Below, piece after piece: positions 16,486-24,000 of a stretch of 24,000 nucleotides of DNA. Below the pieces are notes generated by a model. That model was not told the origin of the DNA, did not search any database, and was given only the letters and a program-made list of their open reading frames with translations. A program made the translations under genes and the position numbers. The stretch is from an uncultured Conexibacteraceae bacterium (GTDB lineage: Bacteria > Actinomycetota > Thermoleophilia > Solirubrobacterales > Solirubrobacteraceae). The stretch spans positions 62,054 to 86,053 of the forward strand of contig CAVXIA010000015.1 of the NCBI GenBank assembly GCA_963761675.1. The letters are read 5' to 3'. Every line of letters begins with the position of its first letter. Position 1 is the first letter of the stretch.

Positions 16486-17235
16486 GTGCCGACCGTGGGC
16501 GGTGGCGATAGGCTGCGCGTCACAGTGGCGAGCGGAAGCGAGGACCTATCGGCCTGGTACGCGTCGCCGGCTCTGCACTGGCCGGTGGGCGTCGCCAACC
16601 TCGACGCCAAGCGGGCGGTCGCAGAGCGGATCGCCGCGCGCGTCGAGGACGGTGCGCTGATCGGAGTCGGATCCGGTTCGGCGACGTACATGGCGCTCTG
16701 GGCGATCGGCGAGCGCGCCAGCCGCGAGTCGCTCTCGATCCGGGTGGTGACGGCCTCCTACGAGACGGAGATGGCCGCGTTGCGGCTTGGGGTACCGACG
16801 CTGCCGCTGGGCTCGGTGCAGCCGGAGTGGGGGGTGGACGGAGCGGACGAGGTCGATCCTCACGGGCGCCTGCTCAAGGGCCGCGGTGGCGCGATGTTTC
16901 GAGAGAAGATCCTCTGGTTCACGTGCACGCGGATGTTCTTGGCGATCGATTCGAGCAAGCAGGTCGAGCGGCTGGGGCAGGGCTTTCCGGTTCCGGTGGA
17001 GGTCGACCGTGCCGCGGTGGATCTGGTCGGCCGCTGGCTTGATACCCATGGCTCCAGCTCGTGGGAACTGCGTCTTGCCGGTGGCAAGGACGGGCCCGTG
17101 CTGACCGAGTCCGGGAACCTGGTGATCGACGCCTGGTTCGATGAGATCGAGCAGGGGTTCCACGCGCGCCTGAAGGCACTCCCCGGAGTGATCGAGACCG
17201 GTCTCTTCGAGGGCTACACGTTCGAGGTCGTCTGA
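16486..17235 (+). CDS. rpiA: Ribose-5-phosphate isomerase A
   Basis: 'DGALIGVGSGSATYMALWAIGERA', 'VDGADEVDPHGRLLKGRGGAMFREKILW', 'GGKDGPVLTESGNLVIDAWF', 'PGVIETGLFEG'. Confidence 0.92.
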   Translation: MPTVGGGDRLRVTVASGSEDLSAWYASPALHWPVGVANLDAKRAVAERIAARVEDGALIGVGSGSATYMALWAIGERASRESLSIRVVTASYETEMAALRLGVPTLPLGSVQPEWGVDGADEVDPHGRLLKGRGGAMFREKILWFTCTRMFLAIDSSKQVERLGQGFPVPVEVDRAAVDLVGRWLDTHGSSSWELRLAGGKDGPVLTESGNLVIDAWFDEIEQGFHARLKALPGVIETGLFEGYTFEVV

Positions 17236-17258
17236 CTCGGATCGAGCGGGGCCGGGCG

Positions 17259-17669
17259 CTACTCGGACTGGCGCCCGAGAATCGCCACGAAGCGGTCGAT
17301 CCGCCGGCGCTGCTCGTCGTCCAACGGGCCGGTTGACTCGGCCAGCAGCGTCATGGGGCCGCGATCCCGCGCCCATGTGCGAGCTCGCTCGCTGAAACCG
17401 GCGGCCAGCCACACGAGCGGAAGCGAACCGGCGTAGGCGATTACGATCGCGTCTTCGAGATCGCGCGTCGACTCGGCTCTCACCACGGAGATGACGCTCT
17501 GCCCCAGATCATGAGCGACGGCGTCGATCGCGCCAAGACCCTCTGCACCCAGCAGAGCGACCTCGCCCTCGCGCAGCATGTCTCGTGCCCAACCGGCCGG
17601 GGCACCCGTCAGGGCGGAGGGCGCACAGATGAAGCGGAAGCGTGTCGCGGGCGCGGATGGTTCGGACAT
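17259..17669 (-). CDS. Hypothetical protein
   Basis: 136-aa ORF convergent with rpiA, non-overlapping; no recognised motif. Confidence 0.6.
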   Translation of the reverse strand: MSEPSAPATRFRFICAPSALTGAPAGWARDMLREGEVALLGAEGLGAIDAVAHDLGQSVISVVRAESTRDLEDAIVIAYAGSLPLVWLAAGFSERARTWARDRGPMTLLAESTGPLDDEQRRRIDRFVAILGRQSE

Positions 17670-17792
17670 GGCCGGGAAGCTACTGGCTTGTGCATGAGAA
17701 GGTCCGTCGAACGATTCGCGTGAACGTGGATAGACTTGGTTGACCCAATCGGTTTTGTGGGGTCAGCCCGGCCCGCACCAGGCCCGTCTCAG

Positions 17793-18782
17793 ATGCAGAT
17801 CGATCCCTACATCGTCCTTGGAAGCGCAGTCGTCGGGCTGCTCGTCGGCATGACCGGCGCGGGCGGTGGCGCGCTGATGACGCCGATGCTGATCCTGCTG
17901 TTCGGCGTGACGCCGACGGCCGCCATCTCCAGCGACCTGGTCGCCTCCGTGGTGATGAGGCCGGTCGGAGCGGGCGTTCATCTGCGTGCCGGGACGGTCA
18001 ACAAGCGGCTCGTGCTGCTGATGTCCTGCGGCTCGGTCCCGGCGGCGATCCTCGGCTCCTACCTGCTCAGCCTGATGGGCGACTCCACCACCGATGTCAA
18101 GCGCATCGAGTTGATCCTCGGCACCGCGCTGCTGATAGGCGCCGCGGCCATGGTCCTGCGTTTCTTCCTCGACCGCCGCTCGGGCACAGATCGCGACGCC
18201 CATGTCAGCGAGATCACCCCTCGCCCCGCTCTGACGATCCTGGTCGGCGTGATCGGAGGCGTGATAGTCGGGATGACCTCGGTCGGGTCCGGCTCCTTGA
18301 TGATCGTGATGATGCTTTTCCTGTACCCGATGATCAGCGCCAAACAGCTCGTCGGAACCGACCTCACTCAGGCGGTGCCGCTCACGCTTGCGGCGGCGGT
18401 CGGCGCGCTGATCTTCGGCAACGTGCAGTTCGGACTGACGGCCTCACTGATCATCGGCTCGGTGCCGGCGGTCTTCATCGGCTCGATGCTGTCCTCGAGC
18501 ATCCCGGATCGTTATATCCGCCCCGTGATCGCATTTGTGATCCTCGCGTCGGGCCTCAAGTACGTCGGTCTCGCCACGACTGCGCTTGGTTGGACGCTCG
18601 TTGCCGTGCTGCTTGCGGGCGCCGGCTTCGTCGCGTACGAGCTCGGCCGTTCACGCACGGCCGAGGCCCGCTTGGCCTCGGCCGGCGCCGCACCCACTCT
18701 CGACGTCGGCTCCGCACCGGCTCCCGAGGCTGTGCCCGCCGCGGCGGAGGCAGGGCCCGCGGACGCGTCGCTCGCCGGCTGA
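17793..18782 (+). CDS. TSUP/TauE-SafE family sulfite exporter-like permease
   Basis: 'VGLLVGMTGAGGGALMTPMLILLFGVTPTAAISSDLVASVVMRPVGAGVH', 'GVIGGVIVGMTSVGSGSLMIVMM', 'LVGTDLTQAVPLTLAAA'. Confidence 0.92.
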   Translation: MQIDPYIVLGSAVVGLLVGMTGAGGGALMTPMLILLFGVTPTAAISSDLVASVVMRPVGAGVHLRAGTVNKRLVLLMSCGSVPAAILGSYLLSLMGDSTTDVKRIELILGTALLIGAAAMVLRFFLDRRSGTDRDAHVSEITPRPALTILVGVIGGVIVGMTSVGSGSLMIVMMLFLYPMISAKQLVGTDLTQAVPLTLAAAVGALIFGNVQFGLTASLIIGSVPAVFIGSMLSSSIPDRYIRPVIAFVILASGLKYVGLATTALGWTLVAVLLAGAGFVAYELGRSRTAEARLASAGAAPTLDVGSAPAPEAVPAAAEAGPADASLAG

Positions 18783-18927
18783 GACGGCCGCCGGACTCTT
18801 CCCGGCGGCTCCGGGCGCGGAGCGTCTAGGATCCGGTCGGCTGGATTCCCGTAACCGTCTGGGAGGCCGCGCAGTGAGCGCGAATCGAAACCTGGTTCTG
18901 ACGGCGATGGCCCGCTGAGATCGGGCC

Positions 18928-19332
18928 ATGCCACACGAAGCATCCGAACTCTCCTGGCTGGTCGTGAAGCCGAGCCCATGGTCCGTCGAGGAGACCGTGA
19001 CGCGTCTGTCGGATGTGATCGCGACTCGTGGTGCGAAGCTGTTCGCCGTAATCGATCACAGCGGCGAAGCCCGAGACAGCGGGCTCGATCTGCGAGATAC
19101 GAAGGTCGTGATCTTCGGCAGCCCGCTGGCCGGAACGCCTGTGATGGAAGACGCGCCGCTCGCTGCGCTCGACCTGCCGCTGAAGGTGTTGGTCTTCGAT
19201 GACGCCGGGGCTACCAAGGTCTGCTATGCCTCGCCAACCGGGCTCGCAGATCGCTACGGGCTGTCGCCGGATCTGGTGCCCAGGCTCGCCGCAATCGATG
19301 TGATCACCGATGCCGCGCTCGCGCATGGCTGA
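18928..19332 (+). CDS. DUF302-domain protein
   Basis: 'SVEETVTRLSDVIATRGAKLFAVIDHSGEARDSGLDLRDTKVVIFGSPLAGTPVMEDAPLAALDLPLKVLVFDDAGATKVCYASPTGLADRYGLS'. Confidence 0.88.
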   Translation: MPHEASELSWLVVKPSPWSVEETVTRLSDVIATRGAKLFAVIDHSGEARDSGLDLRDTKVVIFGSPLAGTPVMEDAPLAALDLPLKVLVFDDAGATKVCYASPTGLADRYGLSPDLVPRLAAIDVITDAALAHG

Positions 19333-19386
19333 GTGCGACCGAAAGCCCTCACCCGGCATGGGTGATGCCATCTCACCCATGTTCTG

Positions 19387-20343
19387 GTGAAATCCGGAGC
19401 TGTGCGCGAAACATTCGGAATCCGGGTCAGGGCCCTCGTAAAGGCGATACGGGACGGCGATCCCGAGGACATCGAGGCGGCCGTGCTCAGCGTCAGTCGC
19501 AGCCACCGTTGGCTGGCGCCGCTCGCACTCACGATCAGCACGCTCGTCCTGCTGATAGACGGTCTGCGCCTGATCTTCTCCAACTGGCGTCTCACGATCC
19601 TGCAGGTGCTGCCGGCGGTGTGGGTGTGGCTGGCGATGTTCGACCTCAAGGTTCACGTCCTTCATGGCAGGAGCTTTCACGAGATCACCGGCTGGAGATC
19701 ATGGGCTGCGATGGGGTTGATCGCGGTGATCACGATCGGGGCCTTCTATCTGAACGCGGTCACCGCCTTCGCGATCATGAACCCCGATGGCCCCTCGCTT
19801 CCCGAGGGACGGCGAAGCGCGCGGCGCAACTGGCGGATGGTGGTGACCTCGGGCGCGGTGATCGGAGTGCTGGTGGGGTGGTCAGCGGTCTTCGCAGCGC
19901 GCCACGGGCGCCACTGGTTCACGCTCTTCATGGGGATCAGCGTGGGCCTGATGATGCTCGCGTATGTGTCGGTGCCGACGCGTCTGCTGAATGCGGACAC
20001 GAAGCGGATGACGAGACGTGACAAGCTTGTCAATGCCGCGGTGACCGGAACGCTCAGCGGTGTGGCCGCCGCACCGGCCTACGTGCTCAGCAGGGTTGGA
20101 ATCCTGATGCTCGGCAGCCACGCGCTGTTCATCCCGGGCGTTATCGTGACCGCTGTGGGGTTCGCCCTCGAGGCGGGCGCATCGAGCGCGGTTCGGGCGA
20201 TCAAGATGAGCATGAAGCTGCTGGCGGGTGGCGCGCTCGAGCCGTCGGATGCGGAGGCCGCGGCGACGCGGCCGAGCGCAGCAGCTGAGCCCACTGCGGC
20301 GGAGCCGGCTGCAACGGGGACGTCTGAGGCGCCGGGCGGCTGA
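19387..20343 (+). CDS. Integral membrane protein, unknown function
   Basis: 318 aa with multiple TM segments; GTG start; acidic/Ala-rich C-terminal tail. Confidence 0.7.
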   Translation: MKSGAVRETFGIRVRALVKAIRDGDPEDIEAAVLSVSRSHRWLAPLALTISTLVLLIDGLRLIFSNWRLTILQVLPAVWVWLAMFDLKVHVLHGRSFHEITGWRSWAAMGLIAVITIGAFYLNAVTAFAIMNPDGPSLPEGRRSARRNWRMVVTSGAVIGVLVGWSAVFAARHGRHWFTLFMGISVGLMMLAYVSVPTRLLNADTKRMTRRDKLVNAAVTGTLSGVAAAPAYVLSRVGILMLGSHALFIPGVIVTAVGFALEAGASSAVRAIKMSMKLLAGGALEPSDAEAAATRPSAAAEPTAAEPAATGTSEAPGG

Positions 20344-20347
20344 CTGA

Positions 20348-21589
20348 TCAGGCGGTGGCGACGCCGCCGGCGTCGGAAGAGCCGGGCAGCGAGATGTGTG
20401 CAGAGGGGAACTCGCGCAGCATCTGACGGCGCAGGATCTCGGTGCCGACCATCGCCAGGATCGTGAAGACCAGCATGCCAATCGGTTTGCCTGTGGCCGG
20501 GAATGGTTGCCAGATGAAGAGGATCAGCAGGATCCCCGCGACAACGGCGAACATCCCTCCGGGGTGCGTCTCTGCGTGCGGGGCGAGCCAGCGACGGGCG
20601 GCCACCGCCCAGGAGGCCGGACCGGCGAACCACGAACAGGCGATGAGCACAGCGCCGATGAAGACCACGCCGCCTGCGATCTGTGTCAGCAATGAGGTCG
20701 CAATCGAGACGACCGCGCTCGCGGTCGCCTGCATGGACGCGTCGCTCGTCAGCGCCGGCGGGACCTGACCCACGATGATCGAGCGGATCAGAACAACGAT
20801 CAGACCGACCACAACGCCGCAGATCCCGATCGTCATCAGCGTCCTGCGGCGGCGGCTGGGCGGAGCGACGGCCAGCGCTGCGGCAAACAACAGCGGAACC
20901 AGGATCGTGAGGATCAACGAGAGGCCCTTGAGGGCCCTGCCGAAGTCCTGGACCAGGCTGAGCTGCTTCGACTTCAAGACCACGAGGTTGGCGACCGACG
21001 CGGGCAGCTTGGCGCCCAGGTCGCTACTTATCCCCAGCTGCGCCGCAACCTGGTTCACGACCGACCGCAGGTCCAGTGTCACCTGGCCGTTGTTGAAGTG
21101 AACCGAGCCCGACTGCCCGTTGATGATGTTGATCAGCTGCTGGTCGGTCGCGCGGTTGACCCGCCGCCAGATGTTCTGAAACTCAGGTCGAGAGAGAGCC
21201 AGTTCCGTGACGGACACGGCTCCGTTCTGAAGCGCACCGGCCAGCGGCGTCGCCAGCGGCTTCAGCCGCGGTGGCAGCGCCGAACCGATCTTCTGGGAGA
21301 CGTTGACGTTGGCGTAGATCTCGTCGACGATGTAATTCGCGGCTGTCGCGCGGACTGCGGGGTTCTGGAGCAGCTGGGTGCTGGTGGTGGACCAGTTGTC
21401 CGCGTTGAGCACCTGGCGGTCAGCCCAGATCGCGAGGATCGCGATCACCGTCAGCACCGACGCGATCCCGATCAGGATCCGGGACCAGACGCGGCGGGTC
21501 TTGGTGTCCGAGGCTGGGCGCCCAGGAGTGGTTACGGCAGCGTCCGGCTGCGCTCCGTCGGCTGCCTCTATCGGACGGTCGGTGCTCAC
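20348..21589 (-). CDS. Integral membrane protein with large extracytoplasmic loop
   Basis: 413 aa; TM near N-terminus, soluble region 'ADRQVLNADNWSTTSTQLLQNPAVRATAANYIVDEIYANVNV...', then four or more TM segments. Confidence 0.8.
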   Translation of the reverse strand: MSTDRPIEAADGAQPDAAVTTPGRPASDTKTRRVWSRILIGIASVLTVIAILAIWADRQVLNADNWSTTSTQLLQNPAVRATAANYIVDEIYANVNVSQKIGSALPPRLKPLATPLAGALQNGAVSVTELALSRPEFQNIWRRVNRATDQQLINIINGQSGSVHFNNGQVTLDLRSVVNQVAAQLGISSDLGAKLPASVANLVVLKSKQLSLVQDFGRALKGLSLILTILVPLLFAAALAVAPPSRRRRTLMTIGICGVVVGLIVVLIRSIIVGQVPPALTSDASMQATASAVVSIATSLLTQIAGGVVFIGAVLIACSWFAGPASWAVAARRWLAPHAETHPGGMFAVVAGILLILFIWQPFPATGKPIGMLVFTILAMVGTEILRRQMLREFPSAHISLPGSSDAGGVATA

Positions 21590-21751
21590 GACCGCACAGG
21601 ATCGGTTGTCGGTGGGTGACCGCGCGTCACCCTTCGAGGGTGAGACGGAGGATCTGCCAGGCTCGCGTCGGCGGATAAGGCAGGGATAAGTCGGGTGGCA
21701 GGGAATTAAGGCCAGTCACATGACATTTCCCATACGGAGGAGGAACTTAGG

Positions 21752-22153
21752 ATGAGCTATTCCGGGCAGTCGGCCGGCGGGTCGGTCCAGGGGGCGGGCC
21801 GTGTTGTTCTTGCCTCGGTGCTGCTGCTGATCGGCGGCATCCTGAACATCATCTGGGGGATCGCGGCGATCGGCAATTCGCATTTCTTTACGGCGAACGC
21901 CCACTACGTCTTCTCCGACCTGCACACGTGGGGCTGGATCACTTTGATCCTCGGGGTCCTCGAGCTCTGTGCGGCGGGGTCGCTCTGGGCCGGCAACGAG
22001 TTTGGCCGCTGGTTCGCGATCGTTGTGGCCTCACTGGCGATGATGGGCGCGCTGTTCGACATGCCCTCTTACCCGTTCTGGTCACTGGCGGTGTTTGCGC
22101 TGAGCCTCTGGATCCTTCACGGCCTCTTCATCTACGGCGAGTCGACCAACTGA
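21752..22153 (+). CDS. Small 4-TM membrane protein, DUF7144-like
   Basis: 'VLLLIGGILNIIWGIAAIGNSHFFTANAHYVFSDLHTWGWITLILGVLELCAAGSLWAGNEFGRWFAIVVASLAMM'; SD GGAGGAGG upstream. Confidence 0.82.
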   Translation: MSYSGQSAGGSVQGAGRVVLASVLLLIGGILNIIWGIAAIGNSHFFTANAHYVFSDLHTWGWITLILGVLELCAAGSLWAGNEFGRWFAIVVASLAMMGALFDMPSYPFWSLAVFALSLWILHGLFIYGESTN

Positions 22154-22211
22154 GACGGGGCGCGAAGGGCGCTCTGACGCGCCGGTGGCCCAGCGGGGCC
22201 GCCGGCGCGAG

Positions 22212-24000
22212 CTAAACCAGGTTCAACTGCTTGGCGCGGCGCACCGCGTCATTGCGAGTGGCGACGCCGAGTTTGCGGTAGATGTTCTTGGTATGGGTCT
22301 TGACGGTGTTGACCGAGACGAAGAGTTCCGCGGCGATCTCGGCCTTGGACATCACGGTCGGCAGGTAGCGCAGCACCGCCTCCTCGCGATCGCTGAGCGG
22401 ATCGAGCAGCACAAGTGAACCGGCGTCCAGCTCCGGGGTGTCGGCTCCGTCGAGTCGCTGGATCAGCTCTCCCGCCAGGGAGCGGTAGGCCGTGCCGGCG
22501 CGGACACGTCGTCTGAGCATCGAGCGCAACGGTGCGCCCAGCAGGACCAGCGGCAGCCGATAGCCCTCGGGCTGGGCAAGCGCCAGCGCCGCCTCGAGCA
22601 TGTCCAACGCCGCGGCGTCGTCATGCAGGAGGCCGTACGCCAGCGATGCCAATCCGAGGGCCTGAATGCGGGTGCCGAGATAGCGCACCGTCGAACTGTC
22701 GGCAAGCCAGGGCTGAAGCTCGCGCAATGACTCGGAGGGGTCTGCGTCGGCAAGCGCGATACGCGCCCGGGAAACCGCCGCCTCGAGCGGCGCCAGCGCG
22801 GTCCACGGCTCCTGCTCAAGTGCGTTGCGGGCCGGTCTCAGGTCGCCTGAGTCGATCACCAGCAGCGTCTCCATCAGCGCCGCGATCACGGCCAGCGAGT
22901 CGGGTAGCTCCGAGCCGTCGATCTCGTGGCGAGCGGCGCGCACGACGCGCAGCCCCTGCGCGGGGTCGTGGATCCCGACGTGCAGGCCGTGGAGGAGCTC
23001 CACGACGCTTGTCATCGCCAAGCGTGAGTGCCGCGTCGCGGCGAGTGCCTGATCGAGCAGTCTGCCGCTCTCCTCGATGTCAGCCCACTGGAGGTGTGTG
23101 ACGGCCAACGCCAGATATGCCGCGACTGAGACCGGGCGCTCGTCCCAACCGTGTTTGGCGGCCATCTGTAGGGCTGAGCGGCCAAAGGCGGCGGCGTCGC
23201 GCAGCCGGCCGTCAACCACTGCGAACAGAGCAAGCTGACCAAGGCAGTCGAGCGTGAGCCCATCGTTTGCGGTGTCGCGGTTGGTCTCGAGCACGCGCTC
23301 CAAGCGCCGCCGGGCGCCCAACTGGTCACCAAGCCAGTATTCGGCGACCCCGAGGTGCAGCTGGGCAACCGCGTGCCAGAGTTGGTCGGGACCTGAGACC
23401 GACCAGCTGCCGAGCAGCTTGTGCGCCGCATCCCGGGTGGCATCGAAATCGCCCCGCGCACGGCTGTCGAGCATTGTCACCATCGCCCGCGAGACGGTGA
23501 AGCGTGCGCGCTGCTTGGCTGGGACGGCGCCGGCATGATCGTCCGCGATCTGCAGGTAGCTGCGGGCGGTGTCGAGGTCACCCGTGTCGAGCTCCGCCGC
23601 AGCGCCGGCGAGCGCCAGCACCGGCTTGGTCGACATCGCCTGGCCGCCGAGGCCACGCACCCATTTGAGCAGGTCACGGGAGTGCCCGCGGTCGATCAGC
23701 GTGAGCCACTGTTGGGCGACCAGCGCCTGCGCCATCTCCTGATCGCCTGCCGCCATCGCATGCCAGACGGCCTCAGCCGGTCGTCCCGCGCCCGCGAACC
23801 AGCGGGCCGCGCGGCGATGCTCAAGCGCATAGGCCTCCGGCGTCTCGTACCGCAATTGGCTACGCAGCAGCTCCTTGAAGAGCGGGTGGTAGCGGTAGCG
23901 TCGTCCGCGCTCGTCGGTCGGCGCCAGGAAGGCGTTGCTGCGCTGCAGCTGCTCGAGCGTGTGCATCCCGTCGGGCCGGCCCGTGAGCTCCTCGGTCAGG
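22212..24000 (-). CDS. LAL/MalT-type LuxR-family transcriptional regulator, C-terminal part; N-terminus outside the window
   Basis: C-terminal HTH 'LSDREEAVLRYLPTVMSKAEIAAELFVSVNTVKTHTKNIYRKLGV'; frame stays open to the right edge ('LTEELTGRPDGMHTLEQLQRSNAFLAPTD'). Confidence 0.9.
   Translation of the reverse strand, partial: LTEELTGRPDGMHTLEQLQRSNAFLAPTDERGRRYRYHPLFKELLRSQLRYETPEAYALEHRRAARWFAGAGRPAEAVWHAMAAGDQEMAQALVAQQWLTLIDRGHSRDLLKWVRGLGGQAMSTKPVLALAGAAAELDTGDLDTARSYLQIADDHAGAVPAKQRARFTVSRAMVTMLDSRARGDFDATRDAAHKLLGSWSVSGPDQLWHAVAQLHLGVAEYWLGDQLGARRRLERVLETNRDTANDGLTLDCLGQLALFAVVDGRLRDAAAFGRSALQMAAKHGWDERPVSVAAYLALAVTHLQWADIEESGRLLDQALAATRHSRLAMTSVVELLHGLHVGIHDPAQGLRVVRAARHEIDGSELPDSLAVIAALMETLLVIDSGDLRPARNALEQEPWTALAPLEAAVSRARIALADADPSESLRELQPWLADSSTVRYLGTRIQALGLASLAYGLLHDDAAALDMLEAALALAQPEGYRLPLVLLGAPLRSMLRRRVRAGTAYRSLAGELIQRLDGADTPELDAGSLVLLDPLSDREEAVLRYLPTVMSKAEIAAELFVSVNTVKTHTKNIYRKLGVATRNDAVRRAKQLNLV

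Noticed and set aside
16546-17412. 288-aa minus-strand ORF opposite rpiA
   Set aside because: Antisense to rpiA; Arg/Pro-rich translation without domain signals.
22532-23101. 189-aa plus-strand ORF opposite the LuxR regulator
   Set aside because: Low-complexity Arg/Pro/Ala translation; antisense to a supported CDS.
1-24000. CRISPR arrays, tRNA/rRNA genes, transposases, phage or toxin-antitoxin modules
   Set aside because: Looked for short regularly spaced repeats, IS-like ends, tRNA-like folds and recognisable transposase/TA/defense motifs in the translations; none was convincing. Subtle ncRNAs cannot be excluded without a covariance-model search.

Overview
High-GC (probably actinobacterial / Thermoleophilia-like) chromosomal window with dense operons and no tRNA, rRNA, CRISPR array or transposon that I can support. 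Left end (1-5452): a five-gene operon with every junction overlapping. It encodes an energy-converting-hydrogenase-like large subunit, a NuoB/HycG-like small subunit, a HyfB/NuoL-like membrane subunit, a Usp protein and a protein made of THREE tandem DUF190/PII-like domains. Both soluble subunits have lost the canonical metal-ligand cysteines, so the complex looks redox-dead. This is my main candidate for an undescribed system. The rest comprises: a VOC-purK-purE operon; a LacI regulator flanked by two identical perfect operators (TGCAACCGGTTGCA), one of them with a Shine-Dalgarno but no convincing gene; a SHOCT-domain protein; a probable decayed sigma factor; an RDD-family pair; a DyP peroxidase-encapsulin operon with a cargo-loading peptide; an MFS transporter; a cupin; a GGDEF protein; rpiA; a TSUP permease; a DUF302 protein; several membrane proteins; and the C-terminal part of a LAL/MalT-type LuxR regulator running off the right edge. 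Family assignments come from motif recognition in the translations, not from searches.
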